Part shown: positions 26,280 to 40,879 of the stretch, piece by piece | Numbering within the stretch: position 1 is the first letter of the stretch | How the letters are laid out: every line of letters begins with the position of its first letter | From: Octopus vulgaris | Lineage: Eukaryota | Direction: 5' to 3' | DNA length: 64,000 nt | NCBI GenBank assembly: GCA_951406725.2 | Contig: OX597831.1 | Span: 20,770,001 to 20,834,000, forward strand | The notes under the pieces: model-generated | Told to the model about the DNA's origin: nothing | The model's input: only the letters and a program-made list of their open reading frames with translations | Databases searched by the model: none | Program-made: the position numbers and the translations under genes

Positions 26280-26423
26280 ATTTATCTTGAAGGATGAAAG
26301 GCAAGGTCATCCTTGGTGGAATTGAAATGTAAAATCAGAAGAAATGCCACTTACCAATTCATCCGGCGTGCTAATGACTGAATCTTCGCCGCCTTAATAA
26401 TAATGATTATAATAATAATGATG

Positions 26424-26457
<34 letters not shown>

Positions 26458-26802
26458 AGATGATGATAATGATGATGATGATGATGATGATGATGGTGAT
26501 AATAATAATAATATTACCACGCTCTTACTCACTACGCCATGGGCATATGGATTAGTAGCCCGCGCTCTAAACCACTACGCAACTAACCCCAAGGCTACGC
26601 AAAAAGTGTGTCATATCCCTCCCAACAGTCTCGAATGAATGGCTCCACCAATCTCCAAGAAGATCAACTGCAAAGTGAGTGGGTCACGCCGCACCCGGCG
26701 CCACGAGCAGAATTCTGAAAATCAACAGTAGCAAGGCTTTGCATCCTCCACCTGCGGACGTATCTGTCTCTCCAGAATCGGGCTTTATTGTCATGTGTGT
26801 GT

Positions 26803-26869
<67 letters not shown>

Positions 26870-26873
<4 letters not shown>

Positions 26874-27095
26874 GTATCTATGAATGTCTTTGTGTTTGTC
26901 CCCATCACCGATTGGCAATCGTTGTTGGTTTGTTTACGTCACCGTAATCTAGAGATTCGGTCAGACAGACCAATAGATTAGTTACCGGGCTTTTTAGAAA
27001 AATAAGTACTGATGGGCGATTCATTCGACTGAATCCTTCACGTCGGTGCTCCAGCATGGCCGCAGTGACATGTCTCAAACATGGAAAAGATAAAA
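26870..27095 (+). mobile_element. SINE family B 3' half
   Basis: TTTGTCCCC..GTTTACGTC..AATAAGTACT..TTCGACT..CGGTGCTCCAGCATGGCCGCAG. Confidence 0.7.
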
Positions 27096-27507
27096 TACAA
27101 AATGAATACGTGAATAATGTCTTCGGTAAATTTCTTGTAACATGACGAGACTTCGTTACATGAAGTTTTGTCTTTTAGAAGAATAATCAGTAACACACTT
27201 ATCTCACAAGAAGGCCAATCAGGATTAATCATCGTGTTAATAGAACATGCAATCAGTTGAGAAAATCTGCACTCTCCTAATTAGCCGTTGACTAATTATC
27301 TTTTGTTGATAATGAACTTCATGGGTAAATTACAAAAGAGAGCAGTGTCCGACTTTCATCCGTTCCGATAGTGTTGCTGCTATTGTCCCGGTGTCGCTAC
27401 TGCTGTACAACAGAAATGTTTTCGGAGAAGTTGAAAGGAAGTAATTAGTTTCTATCGTTGTGTGAACATTTCCAAGTAGAGGAGTTTACCTTCTGCCTCT
27501 GCCAATA

Positions 27508-27720
27508 GTTATTTCTTTACTACCCACAAGGGGATAAACACATAAAGGACAAACAAAGACAGACAAATGGATTAAGTCGATTATATCGACCCCAATGCGT
27601 AACTGGTACTTATTTAATCGACCCCGAAAGGATGAAAGGCAAAGTCGACCTCGGCGGAATTTGAACTCAGAACGTAAACGGCAGACGAAATACGGCTACG
27701 CATTCTGTCAGCTCGCCTCT
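27508..27720 (-). mobile_element. SINE family A (tRNA head + conserved central domain)
   Basis: GAGTTCAAATTCC B-box and GGTCGACTTTGCCTTTCATCCTTTCGGGGTCGAT..AAGTACCAG on the minus strand; CCTCTGCCAATAGT duplicated on both sides. Confidence 0.85.
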
Positions 27721-27891
27721 GCCAATAGTGTATAACAGAAATCTGCTATTTGGTGGTTAAATTATGCTGGGGTGACTTCGATCTCCGAGACAAATAGTCA
27801 CGTCGGGGAATACGGCGGTCGGGTTCTTGAACATAGGAGAAATACAGCCTCGGAATGTTTTTCAATTATAAGTCTGCTCAATCAGGGGCTA

Positions 27892-28150
27892 ACCACCACC
27901 ACCACCACCACCACCACCACCACTACCACCACCACCACCACCACCACCACCACCACCACCACCACCACCACCACCATCACCACCACCACCACCACCACTA
28001 TCACCAAAACCACCACCACCACCACCACCACCACCACCACCACCACCACCACCACCACCACCACCACCACCACCACCCACCACCACCACCACCACCACCA
28101 CCACTGCCACCACCGCCACCACTATCACCACCACCACCACCAACAACAAC
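27892..28150. repeat. (CAC)n trinucleotide array
   Basis: Direct reading; source of the poly-T/H/P/V/G ORFs. Confidence 0.95.
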
Positions 28151-28378
28151 CAGGAAGATTAATTTGAAGAGGAATGATATTCAATAGTTATACTTTAAAT
28201 GTGTTTTGTAGTATAATTTTGAAAAGTAAATGGGATAATCACAGCTGGAACGCCTTTGATCAATCGTAGATATGTGCGTACAGGGACTGCATCGGGTTAA
28301 ATAGCAACGGTAATGTGTGTAAATGTATGCGCGAGTGTTTGTTTGTGTGTGAGTGTATATGACCGTGAGATAAAGTGA

Positions 28379-28422
<44 letters not shown>

Positions 28423-28771
28423 GAAGGAGAAACAGAGAGGGAGAGAGTGTGTGTCTGTGTATGTATATGTGTTTGCGTGCGTGTGAGCGTGTGTGTAGGT
28501 GTGTATGTATTTACCACAGTGAATCGACAAGCATCGATTGGACTCAAGCAAGGCGCAGCCACGATATTGGTTCTTCAGTAAACATACACACACACATATA
28601 TACATACACACAAATACACACAAATATACACATTCGTAGACGCGTGCATAAACACATGCACGCACACATATACGCATATATATATATATGTGCGTGTGTG
28701 TGTGTGTGTATATGTATAAGTATATATATATATACGTACACACATAAATATATATACATATATAAATACAC

Positions 28772-28850
<79 letters not shown>

Positions 28851-29727
28851 TGTATATGCACACACACACACAGACACACACACACAGACACACACACACA
28901 CACACACACATATACCACCACTACTTGCAGCACACACAAACGCCCACACACTTATTCAATGTTTAAACACATACATACATGCATACATACATATATATAT
29001 GTGCCTACATAGGACTACGTCTATCCATGCATCTGACCATACACACACGGGTGGCTTTTCTCGTTTACTCTTATGCGCTCTGTCGCATGCTATCTTTAGC
29101 TCCTTCTTTTCTATTATCCCCCCCTCACCTTTCTCTGTCCTTCTGTCTTGTTCCCTCTCTACCTCTAGCCTATTCTCTATCTGTGTCTCTCTGTGTCTCT
29201 GTCTCTCTCTCCATCACACCCTCTTCTTTCTCGTCTCTCTGTCGCCTCGTGCCATCAATACTAATGAGGCTTCCGCTTGCTTTAAATCACCGCTGTTTCA
29301 TAATAAACCTACGACGTTAAGGAAACCACAAACACGACATCTGTTGACAGTTATTGCACAACTCCATTGTTTTAGGTCGTCCAATTACGTCAAACGAAAG
29401 TTTCTTTGTCAATATTTTATTTCCTACATCCATTTGTTTCTGCTCTTTATTAAGCTTCAGGCAGATCTCCGCTATTTCAGTGTTGTTCGGAAATACAACA
29501 GTGAGGTAATGGAGTTCATACTGACATATACACAGATATGAAGGCTCAACCGAGACTTACAATGGAGTTATGCTATCACGTCTGAGACGCTACTGTTACT
29601 CTGTCTATAGATATCATGGGCAACATCCAGAAAAGAGCTATTTGACTAAATGGAATTCAGTTACTAACAAACATATACCAGTCTCTTGCTCGTGTGTGGT
29701 GGCACCTCTCTGTCACTTTTATTGCTT

Positions 29728-30556
29728 CTTATTTCTTTACTACTCACAAGGGACTAAACATAAAGGGGGCAAACAAGGACAGACAAAGGGATTGAGTCGA
29801 TTACATCGACCCCAGTGCGTAACTGGTACTTTATTTATCGATCCCGAAAGGATGAAAGGCAAAGTCAACCTCGGCGGAATATGAACTCAGAACGTAACGG
29901 CAGACGAAATATCTATTCCTTTACTACCCACAACGCGCAAAATACAGAGAGGAAAACAAGGACAGACACACGGATTAAGTCCATTATATCGACCCCAGTA
30001 CGTAACTGCTACTTTATTTATCGACCCCGAAAGGATTAAAGGCAAAGTCGACCTCGGCGGAATATGAACTCAGAAGGTAACGGCAGACGAAATATCTATT
30101 CTTTTACTACCCACAACGCGCTAAATACAGAGAGGAAAACAAGGACAGACACACGGATTAAGTCCATTATATCGACCCCAGTACGTAACTGCTACTTAAT
30201 TTATCGACCCCGAAAGGATTAAAGGCAAAGTCGACCTCGGTGGAATTTGAACTCAGAACGTAGCGGCAGACTAAACACCTATTTCTTTACTTCCCACAAG
30301 GGGCTAAACACAGAGGGGACAAACAAGAACAGACACACGGACTAAGTCGATTACATCGACCCCAGTGCGTAACTGGTACTTAATTTATCGACCCCGAAAG
30401 GATGAAAGGCAAACTCGATCTCGGCAGAATTTGAACTCAGAACGTAGCGGCAGACGAAATACATATTTCTTTACTTCCCACAACGCGCTAAACACAGAGG
30501 GGACAAACGTTAAGCATTTCGCCAGGCGCTCTAACGTTTCTGCCAGCTCGTCGCCT
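29728..30556 (-). mobile_element. Head-to-tail tandem multimer of SINE family A (4 units of ~182 bp plus a partial unit and head)
   Basis: CGAAAGGAT.AAAGGCAAA.TC.A.CTCGG recurs with ~182-bp period. Confidence 0.9.
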
Positions 30557-31007
30557 TTTTTATTGCTTCTATAATGGCTTCTGTTCCTTGTTGTTGGATG
30601 ATGTAATACCTCCACGGCTCGGGCAGCCTTGATTCACTTGTCTTTCTATCTCTCCTCAACTCTGGTGCATCCAACATCTTCCAGTATTTTCAGACTTTTC
30701 TCTCCAGATCATTGCCCCACTGGAAATCCCCTCCGTGTCCATGCACTAGTATGGAACGAAGGATATTGGAAAATTGGGGTTGAGTCTGTACAACATCTTT
30801 TGCAAATCCTCCGTAAGATGAACTATGCTTTAAGGATTGGGATGTGTAAAGAAAAAAGGGTTCGCTGTTGGCATATTTGTTGGTCTCATTATATTAATCA
30901 ATATTAATCGATTTGGAAATTATCATCAACTAGAAAGTCAGTGCTTTTGTTATTGACTGCTCGTGATTTATTTTATAGAGATAATAAACTGCAAAGGTTT
31001 GTTTGAT

Positions 31008-31475
31008 CCTTCTCGAGCCACGCCTGGCTCATAAGGGCCGCTTTCCCGGTTTCCTTGGCGTATAGGTTCCCCACCTGGACGGGTCGCCGTTGATCTATCC
31101 CGACATGTACAAATCGAATCCTTCACTCACATGCAGTACATACACGCGCGCGCGTGCATATATACACATTTTATCTTTTTTATTCTCGAGCCATGTCTGG
31201 CTTATAAGGGCCGGTTTCCCGGTTTCCTTGGCGTATAGGTTCCCCACCTGGACGAGACGCCGGTCCGTCGCAGGTGAGCCGCAAGATTTAGGAGGAAAGA
31301 GTGACAGAACGTTGTGGCGAAAGAGTCAGCAGAAGTTTGCCATTACCTACTGTCGGAACCGCGTGGAGCTTAGGTGTTTCGCTCATAAACACAAACACAT
31401 CGCCCGGTCTGAGATTCGAACCCGCTATCCCTCGACCGCGAGTCCGCTGCTCTAACCATTAAGCCATGTGCTTCC
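31008..31475 (-). mobile_element. SINE family C with duplicated 3' end
   Basis: Head TGGCTTAATGGTTAGAGCAGCGGACTCGCGGTCG..GGTTCGAATC; 3' block TTCTCGAGCCA..CCACCTGGACG present at ~31010 and ~31183. Confidence 0.8.
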
Positions 31476-32550
31476 ACAAACCTGCAAAGGTAAATTGACA
31501 AAATAAACGATATCGTCTGCTTTTGAACTCCTAAGTGCAGCAAGTAACTACAGCTGCAGGTAACAAATGGATCTTTTTACACAGTACGGCATAACCTTTC
31601 ATCTTTCTAGGGTTAATAAAATAAGAAACATTCAACTACAAAGGTAGGTTTAATTGACCCTTCCTTTCTTCAAGCACTCCGTGTCTCTGTATCTCTGTGC
31701 CGAAGGTGAAAAATCGTTATTTTCTTGATATTAGTCTATTACTAGATGTCATCTAATCCTTCTCCCCTTCATCTCTCTACTCTTACCCCGTCTTTATTTC
31801 TAAACCTGTTTTCTAATTATATTGACATGTGTTCATCTGTTACTTTCTTTGCATTTTGTTCTTTCATTCAATTATGAATTTCCACCATTAGTTCCTATGC
31901 ATTTGCAAGCATCTATGTTTTCTTATACGGCTTCGTTCGTTCGGATATAAATGATTATTAAAACGCAAGAGATTTTCAAATGCAGACGATCTTCTTTAGC
32001 TTGACATTGCAGGCGTATTAAGCAGACCTTTGCTTCGCTGTAAACGGAATGTAATATCCTTGACCAATATGCCGGTCAAGTTTCGATAGAGCTGCTTCCG
32101 TTCAGCAGAATCACATCTCGTCAGTGAAGCGATGTAATAAACTCTGTGATTCTTTGACTCCGCAATACTGTGCATTACTATGAATTCTTCGGCCATGATT
32201 GTCTCTCATACGCTAGGTCAAGGGGCATATCAGCGCATGTATGTGTTCCTTGAGTGTGTTTATTTACATGTATGCATGTATGCATGTATGCATGTATGTA
32301 TGCATGTATATATGTTTGTTTGTTGTATATACATATACATTTATATATATATATACATATACATATATTCGTACTTGTGTGTATATCTATGTATGTGTGT
32401 GTCTATGTTTATGCTTACATACATACATACATACATTTATATGCATATATGTTTACATTTATCAGTATATATAATGTATATATGTATATAGGAATGCATG
32501 CACGTCCGAACACACATACACGCTCACACACACACACACACATACGCACA

Positions 32551-32622
<72 letters not shown>

Positions 32623-33039
32623 TATATTGTATAAATAAAGAGAATGACAAGAAGAGACAAAAAAAAATGGAAGCAAGCAAGTTAGTGAGAAATATATGTA
32701 TGTTTGTGTGTGTATTTGTGTGTAATAAATATATTTACGTGTCTATTTGTATATAATAGAATTTACATTTGTTTTGGCTCTTGGCCATTAAAAGTGATGT
32801 CGATAAGTGACAAGGATGACAACAAAATGAAGGCGACGACGATGATGATTACGACGACGATGACGACGACGATAACAATGACGACAACGGCTACGACACT
32901 TCTGTTGGTTAAGAGCATAATAATGATGAGGGTGATGATGATGACGATCGTTATGTTGATGATGATGAGACAGAAGTGGAAGGAGAGTGATGGAGTGGTG
33001 GAAGAGGCAGAGTACAAGGGAAGCAAAATAGAACTGCTG

Positions 33040-33084
<45 letters not shown>

Positions 33085-33135
33085 AAGCTGATGATTCTAC
33101 TGTTACCACTGCTTGTAGTTGTAAAAGTTGTAGCA

Positions 33136-33193
<58 letters not shown>

Positions 33194-34193
33194 TACACAC
33201 ACACACATATATATATACAAACACACGCACACACAGTCATATATATATACATATATAGATGTGACCGAATTATGTGTCCCTTTCATTGCATGTTTTCGTT
33301 TCTGTCCCCTGCACGAGAAAGTTGTGGAGAGGAAAACAGTGTTTGTGCCGAGAAAGTTGCCAGTAAAAGGGAAATATATTATAATGAGAAGTGCATTAGA
33401 CACATAAGGATTAATACTGAAAGGATGAGAGAGAAAGAAAGGGAGAGAAAGAGAGAGAGAAAGAGAATGAGGCTATAATCAATCGGCAACTTTGACACTC
33501 ATTGCAGAAGCAGTAAAATTGTGGAGACCATGAACGTAAGATACAAGAAGGAAGAGACAGCGTAAATGAAACAGTAGAGGAAAAAAACCCCCAAAGGCAG
33601 AGAGACAAAATAAAGGAGAGGAATTAGAGCGGTAACATGATAAAGTAAAAAGGTATAGTGAATGCGTGAATGAGCGAGTAAGAGCTAGAAAGCTTGACAG
33701 AAATCGTGGAATCTTAGCGGATTTTGTCGGAGAAAACTTTGAAAACTGGTGGCGAAAAGAGTAGATCCTTACGAACGGCAGACAGAAAGTGGGGACGCTT
33801 TATTAATGCATCATATGTGTATGTCGGATGCATATTAGAAGTGCAAAGTTGAAAGTGAAACATTAAACCGCTGCAATTGCTAAGACAAAATAAACCCTTT
33901 GTTCGTTGCAGCTGCACCTGAATTGGTAAGATAACTACATGATTAACACGAGAAAACAGGAGTTACCATTTTAGGCTAACGCATATGAGTATTTCTTTCT
34001 CGAATGCCAATGTATTAGTCCCAAAGGGTGGCTTCTCGAAAAAACAAAAAACAAAAAAAAAACGAATAAATAAGATCGGACACACTCAAAATCATCTATT
34101 GCACATTTCAAATAATGTGTGATTCTAAAGTTATAGCAGCTGTGCTTTAGAGATGAATCCCAGATAGCTAAATGTACGGGTGGTCTCAATCAG

Positions 34194-34667
<474 letters not shown>

Positions 34668-35128
34668 GATAGGTAGATAGCCTGAAGGTATAGAGACCTG
34701 GAATCCAAGCGGATTAGCACTTTCATATAATCCAGATCTGATTAACCACAGCGTATAATAGGGAATATAGAGAATTTAGAGAAGTGTTTAAGATAAGCAT
34801 TAAAACGGTACTTCGCTCGATAGGTAACTCTTGAGTTCGCTTTCTTGGATTTCATATCGCATACAGAATATATAATTAACACAAAGCGCACACAACTTCC
34901 ACGTGAAAGGACAGCAGGACACTCATCCAGCGGAACCATGTGTCGGAATGGAATTTAGTAAGTATAATATTATTTTCGGTAATTTTTGAAGATGTACATT
35001 TCTCCATCCTTCTCTATGGTATACGTACATACATACATGAATGCATACATACATACATACATACATACATACATACATACATACATACATACATACATAC
35101 ATACATACATACATACATGTACAATATA

Positions 35129-36054
35129 CAGGGTGTCCATAAAGTCTCTTTACAAATAAAAAAAAAATTATTACAAAGGCAGTTGATGAGATATTTTAAC
35201 CAGATTTATTTTATTTTAATAATTGTTAATTAAAGTTTTTATTAATATTAAAGTTTTGTGTTTCAGATACTCTGTTGATGGGAGGGAACTGATTCACTGA
35301 AACCCTATAAAATGAGGATGAAGCATTCCGCAAGCGAGTTTGGTTTAGTGACGAGGTGACTTTTTCCTGTTTCAGGGAAATTAAACAGACCCAATGTGAG
35401 AATCTAGGGATCAGAACACCCCCATGTGACTAAGGAGCTTCAATGGGATAGTCCAAAAGTGAATGTGTGGTGTAGAATCATGTGCAATCGAATAACTGGT
35501 CCATTTTTCTTCAACGAGGCAACAATTACTGCAGATGCTTACCTCGACCTTCTGGCCGAATATGTGGCAACAAAACTGATTGATTTACAACCAACCATCA
35601 TTTTCCAGCAAGATGGTGCACCACCACATTGGGGATGGCATGTTCATTAGTTCCTCAATCAAACATTTTCAGACCGATGGATTGGAGAGGATGGGCCAAT
35701 TCCATGGCCACCGCGTTCACCAGATATCACCCCCTTGGACTTCTTTTTATGGGGTTATGTAAAAGATATCGTGTATCAAATAAAGATACGAGACATTGCT
35801 GACTTGAAGTAAAGGATTCGTAATACCATTGCCACCGTTGATGGGGCTATTCCACAGCGAACATGGCAAGAAATCGAGTACCGTCTTGATGTGCTCCGCA
35901 AAACTAATGGTGCCCATATTGAGGTATATTAAATAGCAGTTAAAAAAAACGTAAATAAATAATTATTACAATAAAGCAAATCTGGTTAAGATATTTTGTC
36001 AACTGCCTTTGTAATAAAATTTTAAAATTGTAAAGAGACTTTATGGACACCCTG
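35129..36054 (+). mobile_element. Internally deleted Tc1/mariner element of the DD41D (rosa-like) group with ~100-bp imperfect TIRs and TA TSD
   Basis: TA-CAGGGTGTCCATAAAGTCTCTTTACAA ... TTGTAAAGAGACTTTATGGACACCCTG-TA. Motifs WFSDE, SPKVNVW, FQQDGAPPH, WPPRSPDITPLDFFLWGYVK; 41 residues between D2 and D3. Confidence 0.92.
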
Positions 36055-36061
36055 TATATAA

Positions 36062-36146
<85 letters not shown>

Positions 36147-36301
36147 TACAAAATGGGACAAGAACGCAATACATCCAAATAGACGATACAAAAACACGGG
36201 CGGGTCATTCGAAGCTTTTAATCTGCAGTCAAGAACCGGATCGTTCCTCGCAATTTCGGCTGACACACATATATGTATATGTGCACATATATACATATAT
36301 G

Positions 36302-36389
<88 letters not shown>

Positions 36390-36568
36390 CGTGTGTGTTC
36401 CTAACGGTGCAGCAATTATGGTTGGAATAATTCTAATGGTAGATCTGCTCGATCAGGGCCGACTTGGGATTAAAGAACGATCTGCATCACTCCTACCACC
36501 ATCACTTCCACCACCGTTGCTACTATCACCACTACCGCCACCATTACCACCACCGCCGCCACCACCAT

Positions 36569-36636
<68 letters not shown>

Positions 36637-36993
36637 ATGCAACGACAATATCGGACGTACATGCAGTTTCCGTGTCTTCATTTCATCCACTTTAATTAAA
36701 AGAGACTTACAGATGCCAATAAAAGTTGGAGAGGGGTGTGGAAGGTAATAACTTCATTATAACATGTCGTGTCTCCAGAACAGACAGATTGTTTCTGGCC
36801 GTTGCCAGGATTATTTCCTGAATTGTGGAAGCGTTGCTCCAGTGTTTAGAAGGTCATTTCTCATCTATTCTGTTGTGGAGTTGTATCTACTGCGTTCCGC
36901 TATTCTGCGGCACCATCCCTGACTTGTTGCTTCTTGTACATTTTATGTCTGGGTGGAAACTGTTGAGAAAACTGTTGAGGGAACAGCTAAATA

Positions 36994-37622
36994 AGGTGAC
37001 GAGGTGGCAGAACCGTTAGCACACCGGGCGAAATGCTTAGCGGTATTTCGTCTGCCGCTACGTTCTGAGTTCAAATTCCGCCGAGGTCGACTTTGCCTTT
37101 CATCCTTTCGGGGTCGATTAAATAAGTGCCAGTTACGCACTGGGGTCGATATAATCGGCTTAATCCTTTTGTCTGTCCTTGTTTGTCCTCTCTGTATGTA
37201 GCCCCTTGTGAGCAGTAAAGAAATAAGAAACGTTAGCACGCCGGGCGAAATGCTTAGCGGTATTTCGTCTGCATTACGTTGTGAGTTCAAATTCCGCCGA
37301 GGTCGACTTTGCCTTTCATCCTTTCGGGGTCGATAAATTAAGTACCAGTTACGCACTGGGGTCGATGTAATCGACTTAATACCTATGTCTGTCCTTGTTT
37401 GTCCCCTCTGTGTTTAGCCCCTTGTGGGTAATAAAGAAATAGGTATTTCTTCTGCCGTTACGTTCTGAGTTCAAATTCTGCCGATGTCGATTTTGCCTTT
37501 CATCCTTTCGGAGTCGATAAATTAAGTACCAGTTCCACACAGGGGTCGAAGTAATCGACTTAATCCGTTTGTCTGTCCTTGTTTGTCCCCTGTATGTTTA
37601 GTCCCTTTTGGGCAATAAAAAA
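36994..37622 (+). mobile_element. Tandem trimer of SINE family A
   Basis: Three consecutive units with progressively shorter 5' heads. Confidence 0.9.
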
Positions 37623-37949
37623 AAATAGGGAACTGTTGAGAAAATCTCTATAGTCTTCTGAAATAGCTTCATGCCTAGCACTTGTTTCCGATTGTACTTT
37701 GGTAGACACAATGAGCTCCAGCACCACCACCAGTACCAGTACCATCATCATCACCATCACCACTAATATCAGTACCACTAGCACCAGCACTATCACCGGC
37801 ACCACTACTACTACCACTTCCACTACAAGCACCTAGCCTTTGCTTCCTTCATGGCAGGTCATTGTAAAATATCCGCAACAAATCTTATATCTGAGTAAAA
37901 CCTTACCCCTATTTGTCACTAATTTTCGCTATCATGCAAAAAGAGCATT

Positions 37950-38150
37950 GCCGCTGGTCCTCTCTCAATGTGCTCTGCCAGCAAGCGTTGGAGATCATGG
38001 GTCTCCCCGTCCTTCTGTCCCACACTCAATGATTTTTAGGCCAGTGTTTTTGAAACCAGCTGAGAGGTAATGTCATCGATGACCTCATACTTCCCTGCTT
38101 CCTTCTTCCTTTCAACTTCTCGGTTGGCACCAAACCTCTGGGCTAGACAT
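37950..38150 (-). mobile_element. Possible RTE LINE 3' remnant
   Basis: LVPTEKLKGRRKQGSMR resembles the RTE C-terminal G.LEG.R.RGR.R motif. Confidence 0.35.
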
Positions 38151-38257
38151 TAAATTGTATCTAGTAGTGAAGTTCAGGATTTTCCTCGAAGTGGGCAGCT
38201 GCTCTTTAGTTGCCACAAACCTCATATTTGCTCCGTCCCAGTGGTAGCAAATATGGT

Positions 38258-38313
38258 CTTCTTCTTCTTCTTCTTCTTCTTCTTCTTCTTCTTCTTCTTC
38301 TTCTTCTTCTTCT

Positions 38314-38348
<35 letters not shown>

Positions 38349-38852
38349 TTCATCTTCTCTTCTCCTCCTCCTCCTCCTCCCTCTTCCTCTTCGTCTAATT
38401 CTTCTTTTTTTTTCTTCTCATCATCATCATCTTTCTTCTTTCATCTTTCTCTTTCTTTTCTTTGTTTCCTGAACCACTACCCCCTCTTACTCCCCTCCAC
38501 TTTCTCCTCCTCCTCCTCCTCCCTCTCCCTTCCTCCTCATTCTCATCATCATCATCATCATCATCATCTTCTTCTTCTTCATCTTGTTCTGTTTCTTCTT
38601 CTTCTTCTTCTTCTTTTTCTTGTTCTTCTTCTAGTTCTTGTTCTTCTTGTTCTTCTTGTTCTTTTTTATCCTCCTTCTTCTCCTTCTTCGTCTTCATCTT
38701 CTTCTTCTTCTTCTTCTACTCTCTTCCACTTTATCCTCCTCCTCCTCCTCACCCTTCCTCCTCATTCTCATCATCATCATCATCTTCTTCTTCTTGTTCT
38801 TCTTGTTCTTCTTGTTCTTCTTGTTCTTCTTGTTGTTGTTCTTCTTCTTCTT
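38258..38852. repeat. Pyrimidine-rich compound (CTT/CCT/CAT/GTT)n array with internal duplication
   Basis: Direct reading. Confidence 0.95.
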
Positions 38853-39039
38853 TACCGCCACAAATATACACCAACGCAATTATCACTGCCTCTACTCAAC
38901 ATAAGCAATAAACTGAAATGAGAGACAGTCTGTTGATTTCGAGATTAGTATTGTATATAATAAATATTACATAGCATAAATGTTCCGACGTCCACACACA
39001 TACACTCACGCAACTTTCTCACATACATGTATACACATA

Positions 39040-39141
39040 CATATATGTATACTTACGTACATACACACATACATACATACATACATACATACATACACAC
39101 ATACATACATACATACACATACATACATACATACACACACA

Positions 39142-39173
<32 letters not shown>

Positions 39174-39478
39174 CACACACATACATACATACATACATAC
39201 ATACACACATACATACATACATACACACATACATACATACATACATACATATATACACACATACATACATACATACATACACACATACATACATACACAC
39301 ATACATACATACATACACACATACATACATACATACATACATACATACATACATACATACATACATACATACATACACATACATACATACATACATACAC
39401 ACATACATACATACACACACACATACATACATACATACATACATACATACATACATACATACACACATACATACATAT
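39040..39478. repeat. (CATA)n/(CA)n array
   Basis: Direct reading. Confidence 0.95.
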
Positions 39479-40099
39479 ATGTATATATACATATATCCAG
39501 AGACACAGGTACACACACACACATATATATATAAACTTAAACATGTTAGTGCGTATGTCTCTGTCTGTATACATGTAAGTTGGACAAACATATTGCTAAC
39601 ATTTATCGATAACTCCATGAATAAGTTTCATAACATATCAGTCACATTACAGTTTCCTCGCAATGTAGTCGAACATAGAAATTTTAAAACAACTACAGAA
39701 GTTTCGCTAAACATATCAAATCTCTTATGTTCCCATCGATCGCAAGGTTACCAACAGGTGAATGTCACGTAGACCAAACTAATCACACTGACAGCACCGT
39801 TGGAATCGCCAATTTTCATAAGATGTTGCTGATTAGAAATATTCTAAGAAGTTTGCGCCTGTAGGCTACAAACATCATTCCACATTGTTACAGTTATAAT
39901 ATTATTACATGTGTTTATGACCATTTTATTTCCCGTACAGTGGAGTCTCTCGTAGAAAAACTTCGATCATCATAGAAATGAATGTCGAAGTTTTTCCGCG
40001 AGAAACTGCACATACATCACAGCAACAATGATGTCCCCAGCCACAAGTGTCACAATAATCCTGATGTCAGTCAACATAAGTATTAAGGTTTTTATGCAC

Positions 40100-40877
40100 A
40101 GTCAGTGCGAGACCTGGGTATTTACATGACTAATGATGTAACCTTTCATGTGCATGTTGCTAAACTGGCAATGGAATGCAGGCGGCTGACCGGATGGTTT
40201 CTTAGAACTTTTAGAACAAGAGACTAGGAAACCATGATGGTCCTCTGGAGAACATTTGTCCTAAGCCATTTTGACTATTGCTCTCAGCTATGGTCACCAA
40301 CCACTGTCAAATTAATCTCAGAACTTGAGGCAATCCAACGAAACTACACGAAGAATATAGCCTCTATGCAGCATATGAGCTTTTGGGAAAGACTCAAGTG
40401 ATTAAGACTCTATTCCTTAGAGCGTAGGCGAGAAAGATATGCCATACTATACATCTGGAAGATCCTGGAAGGACTTGTCCCAAACTTTGGCATCGAGAGT
40501 TACACAAATACTAGAACTGGGCACCACTGCTTAGTGCCAAGGACTCCAAATTTGCCATCAAGATGTAGGACAAAATACTGCAATAGCCTGGACTTCAGAG
40601 GTTCACAGCTCTTCAATATCCTCCCGAAGGACCTGAGAGATCTGCTTGGGGTGGATGCAGGTGTCTTCAAAATAAAGCCGAACTTTTTCCTGTCAGGTGT
40701 CTCAGATGAACCAACTTTACGGCAGGAGGTGCAGCTGCATCAAACTCTCTCATGCACCAAATGTCAATTGCTAAAAAGCATTCGTGAAGTAAAATTATGT
40801 AGCAACACCAAAGGGCAGTGCCCCATCATGGCCACAGCTCGTGAGTTGAAATTAGATGAAATAAGAAATTGAAAAAA
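40100..40877 (+). mobile_element. 5'-truncated CR1-like LINE 3' end (RT C-terminus and 3'UTR)
   Basis: VRDLGI..FHVHV..GWFLRTF..DYCSQLWSP..LEAIQR..LRLYSLERRRERY..IWKILEG..RGSQLFNILPKDLR..FLSGVSDEP. Confidence 0.9.
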
Positions 40878-40879
40878 TA

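Noticed and set aside
30560-30900. Moderately complex unique stretch that might be an exon (also 4050-4800 and 36780-36990)
   Set aside because: No recognisable protein motif or convincing splice context; small host exons cannot be excluded without RNA data.
25380-31475. tRNA-like sequences (25380-25462, 26545-26600, 31400-31475)
   Set aside because: Have A/B boxes but no acceptor stem and run into repeat bodies: SINE heads, not tRNA genes.
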